Source of the DNA: a virus
Lineage: Duplodnaviria > Caudoviricetes
DNA: 32,120 nt
Strand: one strand, 5' to 3'
Virus record (IMG/VR): IMGVR_UViG_3300044984_002732
Location: 1-32,120 of that record
Below the pieces are notes generated by a model. It was not told the origin of the DNA and did no database searches. It saw nothing but the letters and a program-made list of their open reading frames with translations. Positions 17,658 to 26,189 of the stretch are shown here, piece by piece. Both the position numbers and the translations under genes were made by a program. The first letter of the stretch is position 1, and every line of letters begins with the position of its first letter.

Positions 17658-20338
17658 CAATTTATCCCCAACAGGAAGGATGCCGAGTCCTCGTTTGCCT
17701 TCAATTGCACCTTCTGCAGAATTTGCCACATAATCATTTCAAGGGCCGGTTCCAGTCCGGTGGAGTCAATCTTGATCAATCCTTTTCCGGATTTCATCAA
17801 ATCATCTTTGGTTTCCATCAACTTGATTTGTTCAGCCACCAACTGCTTTTCCAGCCTGAATGCTTCATCCTGTATTTGCATAGCCTGGTTCACGGCCGCC
17901 TGCCATTCCCTGGCCCCGAAGTCATATTCTGATTTTGGTATTTTCCCAAACAGCCCGCTGATTTCACTCGATACACTTCCGATGGTGTCCGATACGCTGG
18001 AGAACATGGCCTTGACCCGTTCGGTCTGCGATTCGATGTTTGCGATTTCAAGTTTGGCCGACCACTCCACGGCCTTCTGCATCATTTCTGCATCAGCCTT
18101 GATTAGGGCTATTTCTGTATCGATATCGCCTTGCAGCTTTATCTCAAGCATCTTTTCGGTTGGAATTTCTTTGATCTTATTTTCGCTTTTCGTTATCGAT
18201 TCATCGTCAACGCGAACCTTGAATTGTATAGGAAATCCATCAGCGCTTGTGACTTCCATTATGCGGTACATTGTTTTATCATAAGATTCATCGCTGATTT
18301 CAAAGTCCGCCGAATACTTCCGCCCATCATAATCCGCCATTTTGTTGGACAGCTCACCGATTTTTATCTGAGCTGGTTCCGGGTCTGCATCGATCAGCAC
18401 AGATACCCCGGCCTCAAACTCCAGCAGGTTTTCGTTTAACCCCTGAATCTGGTTAATGGCCGAGTCCATGTCTGTTTCAAACATCAACTCGGTAACACCG
18501 GGTATGTCTTTCAGGCTTTGCCCGATTTCACCCACAGACGCCACGACCGGCTCTGCATACATATTGTTGAAATCGCCCATCAGGTTGCCGAATTCGTCAA
18601 ATTTGGCATTCGCCAGATCAATCGGTGGATTGAGTTGATTCACCGCATAAGCAAGTCCCGTTGCCGCAGCTCCCGCCGCCACAAATGGCAGCGCACCCAC
18701 AATAGATGCCAGACCGCCCAGGTTACTGATGGCCTTCAAGATCAAGGATCCGGAAAATATTTCCATGGCCGGAGCCAGACTGTTGACGGCCGATATCGCC
18801 GTATTCACTCCCTGCCCAAAACCCAATATCTTACCGGTCAATTCCGCCGTTTTTCCATCGGCGTTCAGCGCATCATTGGCAAATTCGCCCAACGCTGTCA
18901 CAAAAGGTTTCAGCCCTTCAACAATGCCTTTTGTGACATTGTTCATAGCGGTGATGCCATCCACGATTTTTTGCATGGCCTTGGCCATATCTTCGGGTTT
19001 GGTTAAATCCAGATCCCCAAACAGGGTTTTGAAAACATCCCCGACCGCACCGCCCAATTCTTTTACCGACGCCAGCAAACCCTCAAAATTGATGGCTTGC
19101 ATAGCCTCAGGAATGGCGGCCGCCACCTTCCGCAGGTAATCGGCAAACTCGGATGCAAAGGATTCAATGGCCGTGTAGATTTCAGAAAAGGCTCCCTCTT
19201 TCAGCCCAAATTGAACCCCTTGAAACACTTTGCCAAGAGCGTTTGCAATATTTTCCCAGTCATCAAGCAGCGGTTTCCCTGCTTCAACCAAAGCTAATTT
19301 CATGCTGTTAATTAGCCTGGTGTTAACCTTGTCGATATTATCGACCATTATTTGATAGGCTCGATCTGTTGCCCCAGCAGCCTTATTTAATTCATCCAAT
19401 GCTTTTGCATATAGACCCGCTTTGTCTGCACCTAATACCGATGCAGCGCTAAAAGATGTTACGTTTCCAAACAGTTTTATTATTGAGTCGGCACTGCCTC
19501 CGGATTTTTCCCAAATTTCCTGCATCTTTCCAGATAAACCTACTGATGCAAGTTCAGCAGATCCAAACTTTATTTTTAAATTTTCAAATGCACTTACCGC
19601 ACTGTCCGATGGCTTAACCAAATCCGAAATGACTTGCCGTAAATATTCAGCAGCCTGACTCGATGTTAAACCTCCGGCCGTAAGCGCGGCCAATGCTGCA
19701 CTTACTTCTTTTATGGATACACCTGAAATCGCCGCCGCTGGCGCTACTAACCCCAGTGCGCTTGCCAGTTGTGGTACATTCACCTTTCCTATTTCAACAG
19801 TTTTGAAAAATATGTCTGAATATTGATTGGCATCACTCCAAGATGCACCGTAAGCAGACATAACGCTTGTCAAGAGATCAACCGATTCTTTTAGTGTTGA
19901 TTGACCGGCCACCGCCAACTTTTCAGCTTCGGTAATGAATTGGATGGAATCTCTATAATCGACGTTGGCAGACAGCGCCTGATAAATGGCGGCCTGAATG
20001 TCTTCGAGGCTTTGGGTGGAGTTGCGTGCGTAATTTTCTATCGCGTCATCAAATGCCGCAACATCTTCAGGTGATTCCCGAAGGAGGGTATGGATTTCGT
20101 TTAGTCCGGCCTGGAATTTTCCGGCCGCCGATACCGCAGCCACAATTCCGCCTGCTGCAAGTACCGCTAAAGTAGCTTCAAACTTTTCAACCGCCAGCGC
20201 CATGTTGGCAAACGGCTGGGTAGCCGATTCAAGAGATGTTCCCAGATTGGAGAGAGACCCGCCGATCTTGTCCATTGTCGTGGACACTTCATCGACGCCC
20301 TTAAAGAGAATGGATACTGTTTTTTCGAGATCGGCCAT
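17657..20338 (-). CDS. Tail tape measure protein, TP901-family core (893 aa)
   Basis: Ala-rich helical protein; AEKLAVAG...SVDLLTSVMSAYG...SDIFFKTVEIGK...LA..LG.VAP.A; start MADLEKT at 20338. Confidence 0.9.
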   Translation of the reverse strand: MADLEKTVSILFKGVDEVSTTMDKIGGSLSNLGTSLESATQPFANMALAVEKFEATLAVLAAGGIVAAVSAAGKFQAGLNEIHTLLRESPEDVAAFDDAIENYARNSTQSLEDIQAAIYQALSANVDYRDSIQFITEAEKLAVAGQSTLKESVDLLTSVMSAYGASWSDANQYSDIFFKTVEIGKVNVPQLASALGLVAPAAAISGVSIKEVSAALAALTAGGLTSSQAAEYLRQVISDLVKPSDSAVSAFENLKIKFGSAELASVGLSGKMQEIWEKSGGSADSIIKLFGNVTSFSAASVLGADKAGLYAKALDELNKAAGATDRAYQIMVDNIDKVNTRLINSMKLALVEAGKPLLDDWENIANALGKVFQGVQFGLKEGAFSEIYTAIESFASEFADYLRKVAAAIPEAMQAINFEGLLASVKELGGAVGDVFKTLFGDLDLTKPEDMAKAMQKIVDGITAMNNVTKGIVEGLKPFVTALGEFANDALNADGKTAELTGKILGFGQGVNTAISAVNSLAPAMEIFSGSLILKAISNLGGLASIVGALPFVAAGAAATGLAYAVNQLNPPIDLANAKFDEFGNLMGDFNNMYAEPVVASVGEIGQSLKDIPGVTELMFETDMDSAINQIQGLNENLLEFEAGVSVLIDADPEPAQIKIGELSNKMADYDGRKYSADFEISDESYDKTMYRIMEVTSADGFPIQFKVRVDDESITKSENKIKEIPTEKMLEIKLQGDIDTEIALIKADAEMMQKAVEWSAKLEIANIESQTERVKAMFSSVSDTIGSVSSEISGLFGKIPKSEYDFGAREWQAAVNQAMQIQDEAFRLEKQLVAEQIKLMETKDDLMKSGKGLIKIDSTGLEPALEMIMWQILQKVQLKANEDSASFLLGIN

Positions 20339-20343
20339 GTATA

Positions 20344-20423
20344 AATTATGAAGGATGAAGGATGAATTATGAAAAAATGGTTTTGAGTCCTTTTTCATAC
20401 TTCATAATTCATACTTCATCCTT
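20344..20423. repeat. Heptamer-repeat hairpin B
   Basis: Inverted arrays of ATGAA/TTCAT heptamers between the chaperone extension and the tape measure. Confidence 0.9.
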
Positions 20424-20595
20424 TCTGATTGTTTTTCCTATCGTAATACATCGACCAGAGGGCACGTTCGGTGTCGCACAGTCCCGGATAGGGGAAAATG
20501 TCCGGGCGGACTTCGTAGAGGAGTTTCCCCCTGAGATCACACAACATCAAATCTAACTGGATGTCGTCTCGTTCCCAGAGGGTATCGGCTTTCCC
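20416..20595 (-). CDS. -1 frameshift extension of the tail chaperone (gpGT analogue, fusion ~200 aa)
   Basis: GGGAAAG at 20595-20589, identical to the lambda G-T slippery site; the -1 frame reads GKADTLWERDDIQLDL...KG* to 20416. Confidence 0.8.
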   Translation of the reverse strand, partial: GKADTLWERDDIQLDLMLCDLRGKLLYEVRPDIFPYPGLCDTERALWSMYYDRKNNQKG

Positions 20596-21017
20596 GGCAC
20601 ATGTCCCTGGCCGGTCAGCGTGAATATTTCTTCGGTGATAATTCGAAATTCTATCGGGAAGGCTTGATTGAGTAACACCGCCCGCTCCAGCGGACAATCC
20701 GGATCCACACTGCCCGCAATCAGATATTCGATCCGCCGGGCCACATCCTGGGGAACATCGTCGGATAAACTCACCAGCCCGGCAATGGCTTCCGCTGTCT
20801 CCCCGCCTTTATTGGCAATCAATGCCCGCACAATATCCGAAATATTTTTTCGGTTCTTCTCCGCCAGTTCGTTACACCGGCCCAATTCATTGCCCGACAA
20901 CCCCCGCACCACCCACACCGCTGGCCCGTCGAACCATTCCGACAGCCCCGGCACCTTCACTTCGGTTGTTCGGGGCTCAAATTTCGCCTTATCAAATGAT
21001 TTTGCTTTAAATGCCAT
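20553..21017 (-). CDS. Tail assembly chaperone (gpG analogue)
   Basis: Position before the tape measure; ends PGKPIPS with slippery G GGA AAG. Confidence 0.8.
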   Translation of the reverse strand: MAFKAKSFDKAKFEPRTTEVKVPGLSEWFDGPAVWVVRGLSGNELGRCNELAEKNRKNISDIVRALIANKGGETAEAIAGLVSLSDDVPQDVARRIEYLIAGSVDPDCPLERAVLLNQAFPIEFRIITEEIFTLTGQGHVPGKPIPSGNETTSS

Positions 21018-21107
21018 GACACCCTTTATTTCATCGATGTTTACATCCTGGCTCGCTGTAATGCGCCAGAACGAACGATCTCTTTAATATCCATATATAA
21101 GTATGGG

Positions 21108-21743
21108 TCAAATACTGCCAACAGCCGCAAGTTTTCGAAAAAGCTCTGTCACTTCTTCATCCACCCGCTGCACAAACAGCGTTTGCGCCTGAATCGTCAC
21201 CGGCTCAAACACCAGGTCACCTGCATATATATCTTCGATACGCGGGCCGGTGCGCCGTTCCAACTTGAACCGATATTGATCCGGCAACTTGGCATACCGC
21301 TTGTTGATATCCCACCGCGTCCGATATTGATTCCACATTCGCCAATAAACATTTTTTACAGCACCAGCCTTTTTGTGCTTGGTCGTGGCGATAAACGTAT
21401 GTTTGATGATATCTGCCGAAGATGCCTTCTTTACCCGAACTTTCACCCCGCTCATATTCTCCACAGCCCCGAACGAATACAGCCCGATCGGAGACCCCGT
21501 CGAATACACCCCGCCGCCGATCCTGGCCAGCGTTGCATTCAAAATCCTAAAATTCTGCTTGATCCGCGTCGAAGACAAATTCAACTCATTGGCAATCCGG
21601 GCCACCGCCTGTGTCTGCACCGTTGACAGCGTCCGGTTGATGGCATTCTTCATTACAGTTTCGTAGCCGTTCTTGATGCCACTCACCGCCGCTTTCACAT
21701 CAGCCATTTGCGTCTCATCAATTTTCAACTCAAATTTCGCCAC
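21108..21743 (-). CDS. Lambda gpZ-like minor tail (tail completion) protein
   Basis: Basic; AINRT...A...I...LNL....IK, FIAT...V.WR, LERRTGPRI. Confidence 0.7.
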   Translation of the reverse strand: MAKFELKIDETQMADVKAAVSGIKNGYETVMKNAINRTLSTVQTQAVARIANELNLSSTRIKQNFRILNATLARIGGGVYSTGSPIGLYSFGAVENMSGVKVRVKKASSADIIKHTFIATTKHKKAGAVKNVYWRMWNQYRTRWDINKRYAKLPDQYRFKLERRTGPRIEDIYAGDLVFEPVTIQAQTLFVQRVDEEVTELFRKLAAVGSI

Positions 21744-21748
21744 TTCTT

Positions 21749-21831
21749 AAATTATGAAGTATGAATTATGAATTATGAAAAAAGCATGTCAGTCCTTTTT
21801 TCATCCTTCATCCTTCATCCTTCATCCTTTC
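21749..21831. repeat. Heptamer-repeat hairpin C
   Basis: (tatgaa[gt])4 ... (ttcatcc)4. Confidence 0.9.
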
Positions 21832-22081
21832 AATAAGGTCTCGGCCAATCCACCGTCAACGTCGCCCTCTGCTGCTCAAATGCAATCATTTTGTTGGCCG
21901 ATGATCTCGCATACCGCCCGGCCCCAAACTTCGAAATTGGCATTCCCATCATGCCGTCGGTCATTTTTGCCAAACCAATCATCGACCCGCCGTTCATGAT
22001 GGTCAGCCATCTCTCAAAGAGCGCCGCCTTTTCAGAATCGGCGCTCTGCAATTGTTTCACGATGTCGCCCAGGGTCGCCAT
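21830..22081 (-). CDS. Hypothetical protein (83 aa) coupled to the tail tube gene
   Basis: TAATG stop/start overlap at 22081. Confidence 0.55.
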   Translation of the reverse strand: MATLGDIVKQLQSADSEKAALFERWLTIMNGGSMIGLAKMTDGMMGMPISKFGAGRYARSSANKMIAFEQQRATLTVDWPRPY

Positions 22082-23103
22082 TATCCGGAAACTCTATCGC
22101 CCGACACTTCCGCCGAAATGGTGCAGTCTGCCATAATCGAGGATCCGGCCGGATACTGCTCCACAATCCCGAGATACCCCTGAGTCAACACGTAAGGGTT
22201 TTTCAACCGGTCGGGTTTGAATTTAAACCACAGATTGTTTCCCTCTTCACTCAGCAGGCCGTCGGTCACCCCATCATTCAGGTACGCCTTAAAACTACCC
22301 TGCCCCAGACTGGTGGAGACCGAACCAATCGCCCCGCCATAAATCTGTGTGCTTGAAACACTCTTGCTGTTGGCTGGTCGTTTGAAGTCACTCGTTTTGG
22401 GGATCTGTGCAAACTCCGGCTCATAATACTGGGCATAAACCTTTTTGGTTTTGATCGTGCTGCCGGAATCATCACTATGCGCCGCCATCAACGCACTGTT
22501 GAAGGCCACCCCGGCCGACCCGAGCACACCGGATTCCACCGTAGAGAAATTGGTTTCATAGGTCGGAAATGCCGCCAGCTCCCGATGAGTATTCGGAATG
22601 GCCTTGATTTCCGTTGCCGCCACCGCTGCATTGGCAATGGCCGAAAACCGCACCTGAGCAATTTCCACAGACCCGGTCGGTATCCATGGCGGCCCGCCAT
22701 TGGCGCCACGTGTTTCGGAAAATGCGGTATGATCCGCTCCAGTAAGCACAGCAATCTCCCCGGCACTGGTGATGGTAATCGAATTGATCCGACAAACATC
22801 GGTGGTTGCTCCCCGCAGACAGATCAAATCGGCATCGGCTGTGATCGTTGTTTCAACTCCATTCAAATTCAGCGTTCCGCCCGACAGATCAACCAGGTCA
22901 TTGGTGCCGGCTGCCGCCGGTGTCACCACCAACCCAGTCAAGACCCCATTGGGTTTGATGTCAGGATTATAGCCAGACTTGTCCGACCAAAGAGAATCGG
23001 AGCTGTTATAAGTCAAATGATCCCCGGAATCAGTCAACGCTGTCATAGACACCAGCGACTGACCGGCCTCGTAATACAAAATCGCATTATCGGCAGATGG
23101 CAT
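22081..23103 (-). CDS. Probable major tail (tube) protein (340 aa)
   Basis: Position after the tail terminator; size and beta-rich composition; no sheath gene present. Confidence 0.6.
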   Translation of the reverse strand: MPSADNAILYYEAGQSLVSMTALTDSGDHLTYNSSDSLWSDKSGYNPDIKPNGVLTGLVVTPAAAGTNDLVDLSGGTLNLNGVETTITADADLICLRGATTDVCRINSITITSAGEIAVLTGADHTAFSETRGANGGPPWIPTGSVEIAQVRFSAIANAAVAATEIKAIPNTHRELAAFPTYETNFSTVESGVLGSAGVAFNSALMAAHSDDSGSTIKTKKVYAQYYEPEFAQIPKTSDFKRPANSKSVSSTQIYGGAIGSVSTSLGQGSFKAYLNDGVTDGLLSEEGNNLWFKFKPDRLKNPYVLTQGYLGIVEQYPAGSSIMADCTISAEVSGDRVSG

Positions 23104-23105
23104 AT

Positions 23106-23633
23106 TTATCCCCCTGATGGACTATACGGATTTCCGTACAGATAATTGTATTTAACTTGTAAATTGATAATGCAGGATACAGATAATGCTCCGGTATCCG
23201 GATATGTATCAGCCCCGCCGCTCTCGTACAGAATTGAATCGACATGCAGTATCTTCTGCGTGCCGTTTGCTCCGCTGGAAAACACCGATTGCACCAAATC
23301 CCCCAGCATCCGCTCCACAACCACCGACGGGTTTTCACCATTCAGCAATTCATGGAAGGCAATCCCCATGCGCATGCTGTAAAACGTCTCGCCATAATCG
23401 GCCCGCTCGGCAATTTCCATCCCCGGCCACAACACAATGCAAGGCAGCTCTGACGGATCGAGCGATTTCCGGCACCGAACCACATTCAGGCCGGCATCGC
23501 TGTGATATCCGTTGGCCGTTGTCACGCTGCCCAGCAACAGCTCAAACCCCGTGATAATCTGCTCCCGAATCGTCGTTGCATACACCCGCGCCGAACCATC
23601 GACAGTCACAGTTCCGGTCCCAGTTATTGGCAT
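23106..23633 (-). CDS. Tail terminator-like protein (gpU analogue)
   Basis: TIREQII......L.....ANGY..D.G..V.R......ELP.I; C-terminal V.Y.Y..GNPY. Confidence 0.65.
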   Translation of the reverse strand: MPITGTGTVTVDGSARVYATTIREQIITGFELLLGSVTTANGYHSDAGLNVVRCRKSLDPSELPCIVLWPGMEIAERADYGETFYSMRMGIAFHELLNGENPSVVVERMLGDLVQSVFSSGANGTQKILHVDSILYESGGADTYPDTGALSVSCIINLQVKYNYLYGNPYSPSGG

Positions 23634-23650
23634 AGAATTCCTAAAGACTT

Positions 23651-23720
23651 CAGGGTGCAGGGTGCAGGTGGCAGGGTGCAGGAAAAAAAACCTGCACCCT
23701 ATACCCTGTACCCTGTAACC
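23651..23720. repeat. Heptamer-repeat hairpin D (GC-rich variant: CAGGGTG arm / CCCTG arm)
   Basis: cagggtg cagggtg caggtgg cagggtg cagg-a8-cctg caccct ataccct gtaccct gtaacc. Confidence 0.85.
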
Positions 23721-23726
23721 TTTTTT

Positions 23727-24038
23727 TTATGTCACAATCGTTTTGACAATCCGCCCGTCATTATCCGTCACAGCCGCAATGGTATATTCCACATCGCCAA
23801 ACACCACCACATCGCCAATCATGGGGCACCCGTCGGGCAGTTCCGAAACCATCAGCTCGATGGTCGTAATCTGCCCCCAGGTTTCAGAGCCCAGTCCCGA
23901 AGGCTGGGTCTGCAAACTGGACATGATGAGCGCCGTTGTTTCAACGGCATCCCCGATCACCGGAACATAGCTGACCGGGTCTCCCATGATATCGAAGATA
24001 TCAGCGTTCATAAGCGATATGATGTCTGTTATGCTCAT
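23727..24038 (-). CDS. Head-tail joining (head closure, gpFII-like) protein
   Basis: 103 aa after the capsid gene; GD.V.Y...P..GD.V......Y.I..V..NDG. Confidence 0.7.
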   Translation of the reverse strand: MSITDIISLMNADIFDIMGDPVSYVPVIGDAVETTALIMSSLQTQPSGLGSETWGQITTIELMVSELPDGCPMIGDVVVFGDVEYTIAAVTDNDGRIVKTIVT

Positions 24039-24046
24039 AATAAAAA

Positions 24047-24128
24047 AAAGTATGAAGTTTGAAGTATGAAGTATGAAAAATTAAGGATTGATTTTATTTA
24101 ATAATTTATCCTTCATCCTTCATACTTC
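24047..24128. repeat. Heptamer-repeat hairpin E, followed on the minus strand by a U8 tract
   Basis: (agt[at]tga)4 ... ttatcc ttcatcc ttcatac; lies right after the capsid stop codon. Confidence 0.85.
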
Positions 24129-24133
24129 CGTTT

Positions 24134-25105
24134 TTAGGCAGTAATATTGCTCAACAGATATGCAGCCCCGGTAAACACGAAACACTCATCGGTATATTGG
24201 CGCACGCGGTAAATGTTAGACCGCACGGTCTCATCTCGATACTGCTCACTGGTCACCATCTGGGGGCTGTCTCCCGTCCACAGGAAGGTGCGGCCCAGGG
24301 TGGGCTCTCTCAGGTTGCGGGCATTGGCAGCCGCCCGGAACAGCAGCACATATTCGTCGTCCCAGATATCAGACAGGGAAAACGAAATGCCTTTGCCGGC
24401 CGTATCCTTCATGGCCCCCGAAACCAACAAACGATCCAGCCCAAAATACAGCCGCATCATTTCGATCTTGGCCTGCATGCCGGTCATCTGGATGGGGTTG
24501 GTATATTGCATCAGCCCCTGGATTTCGTTGGATTGAATCAGGTTCTCGAACACCTTGAGCGACATGGCCGCTGCATTGATATCGACGCCAGTCGCCGCCC
24601 GAAGGGTGGACTTGGCATCCAGCACGTCGTCATACGGGGTACACGTTGCCGGAGTACTCCATTCGACAGATACCGCGCCAGTATTGGTGATATTGCCGGC
24701 ATTGAACACGGCCGCAGCCACCCGCATTTCATGATGCCGCAGCAGGATATCGGTCGCCCGTTCCACCGCGATAGATTCCGCGTCGATATATCGGGCATAC
24801 AGCCGGGACTCGGTATCATCCACGGGGGCCTCGATGCCGTATTCTTCGCAGGAGTACGTGGCGGTTTCGAATTCGTAATCATCCCGAACATACCCGCCCC
24901 GAGGGGCCCGCCGGATGGAGTCCGGGCTTTTGAGCAAGCTCTCGATCGGGATCACCGGATAGTCGGCCGCCTGTTCCGGCGTCTCAAAAACCGGCATTAT
25001 TTCCTGCCCGATAAATCCCCTGAGCGGTGCATTCATGCTGTATTCGTAGGCCATGGCGCCCAAATCCGGGCGTTGAATGGTGGTGCTTGATGTAGGTCTT
25101 GGCAT
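24134..25105 (-). CDS. Major capsid protein, lambda gpE-like family (323 aa)
   Basis: FIG..IMPV...RAPRG...Y.C.E.G.E..VD...E.RVAA.VF...W; strong AGGAG SD; synteny. Confidence 0.85.
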   Translation of the reverse strand: MPRPTSSTTIQRPDLGAMAYEYSMNAPLRGFIGQEIMPVFETPEQAADYPVIPIESLLKSPDSIRRAPRGGYVRDDYEFETATYSCEEYGIEAPVDDTESRLYARYIDAESIAVERATDILLRHHEMRVAAAVFNAGNITNTGAVSVEWSTPATCTPYDDVLDAKSTLRAATGVDINAAAMSLKVFENLIQSNEIQGLMQYTNPIQMTGMQAKIEMMRLYFGLDRLLVSGAMKDTAGKGISFSLSDIWDDEYVLLFRAAANARNLREPTLGRTFLWTGDSPQMVTSEQYRDETVRSNIYRVRQYTDECFVFTGAAYLLSNITA

Positions 25106-25123
25106 AGTCGTTTCTCCTAATTC

Positions 25124-25203
25124 AAAGTATGAAGTATGAAGTTTGAAGTATGAAAGCTGAAGGATTTTTTATTTCATAATTTATCCTTCATACTTCATAC
25201 TTT
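25124..25203. repeat. Heptamer-repeat hairpin F
   Basis: (agt[at]tga)4 ... ttcataa tttatcc ttcatac ttcatac. Confidence 0.9.
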
Positions 25204-25207
25204 TTTT

Positions 25208-26185
25208 TTAGCTGGTTACGATTTTACGTTTGTATTCAATCCACACCGCAGACAGATACAGAATGTCGGTGGTATGGGCGACCGGAGTCAGCCCGACCGT
25301 CAATGTCTGGGCGCCAGTAGGCACGTCGGCTGCGGCAATGGTGGCGATTTTCTCCGCCCAGGTCGCCGTCTGGTTGGTTTCGCTGGTGTCGGTTATTTTT
25401 GTGTCTCCCTCATCCCAGAACGAATCCACCGTAAACCCAACCGCATTGGTGGTGCCTGCGGACTTGATACGGAAATGAATCACGACATCCGCAGCATCAT
25501 TCAGATCGGGAGGCAGCGGGGTCTGGAATACCACCTGGTCGTTGTTGGATGCCGCCCAGGCCAATGTCTGACACCCGTCGGTAGCACCATTGATGGGCGC
25601 AAGAATCGGTGTCGTATCGCTGGCCAGCACCCCGCCATTGGCGGATGCATTGCCCACGGCAAAAGAAGATGCCTCCCGCAGGGTATTGAGCGGCACCGGA
25701 ATAAATGCCTGTGCGCTCACCGCGTTCTGGTAGATTTCTGCCAGGGCAGCCTCCACCGTGGCGGCCTCGGTAAAACTGCCCGTGTCGGCCACACTGGTTC
25801 CGGCTGCCGTGGTCGGCTTTCTGGGGTTTACCGCCACTTCGATAATTTCCCCCGTCACAGCCGCCTGCATCGATACCCCGACAGCCGATCCGCTGGAGGC
25901 GTCGCTCACCTTGCCGTCATTGGCGGCATACAACACCGTCCCCCTGGCAATGGCGGAATCCACCACACATTGCAGCTCACAGGTACCGGGTTTGTTCAGC
26001 AGTTGCACGTTTACAGATGCACCGTCTGCGGCTGCATACTGGGTAAAACCGATGGCATCCTCTCCGGCATCGGCATAAACGACTTCGGGCGGGTCCATGG
26101 TGGTGCCGGATTCGATTTTGACCAGCCGATAGGCGGCCAGTGCTTCCCCGGCGATAAATGCTTTGGTGGTGTCGGTATAAGGCAT
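25208..26185 (-). CDS. Head decoration/capsid cement protein (DUF2190-like N-terminus plus extra C-terminal domain, 325 aa)
   Basis: GAGAGGAG SD; F.AGEALAAYRLVK...YA.A...AIG...AI..G..LYAA.DGKV...G.IIEV; located between protease and capsid. Confidence 0.75.
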   Translation of the reverse strand: MPYTDTTKAFIAGEALAAYRLVKIESGTTMDPPEVVYADAGEDAIGFTQYAAADGASVNVQLLNKPGTCELQCVVDSAIARGTVLYAANDGKVSDASSGSAVGVSMQAAVTGEIIEVAVNPRKPTTAAGTSVADTGSFTEAATVEAALAEIYQNAVSAQAFIPVPLNTLREASSFAVGNASANGGVLASDTTPILAPINGATDGCQTLAWAASNNDQVVFQTPLPPDLNDAADVVIHFRIKSAGTTNAVGFTVDSFWDEGDTKITDTSETNQTATWAEKIATIAAADVPTGAQTLTVGLTPVAHTTDILYLSAVWIEYKRKIVTS

Positions 26186-26189
26186 GAGA

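Noticed and set aside
20339-20398. N-terminal extensions of the tape measure (to 20398) and gpW-like ORF (to 29057)
   Set aside because: They are translations of the hairpin repeats (FHNSSFILH / FHPSNFILH), not plausible protein sequence.
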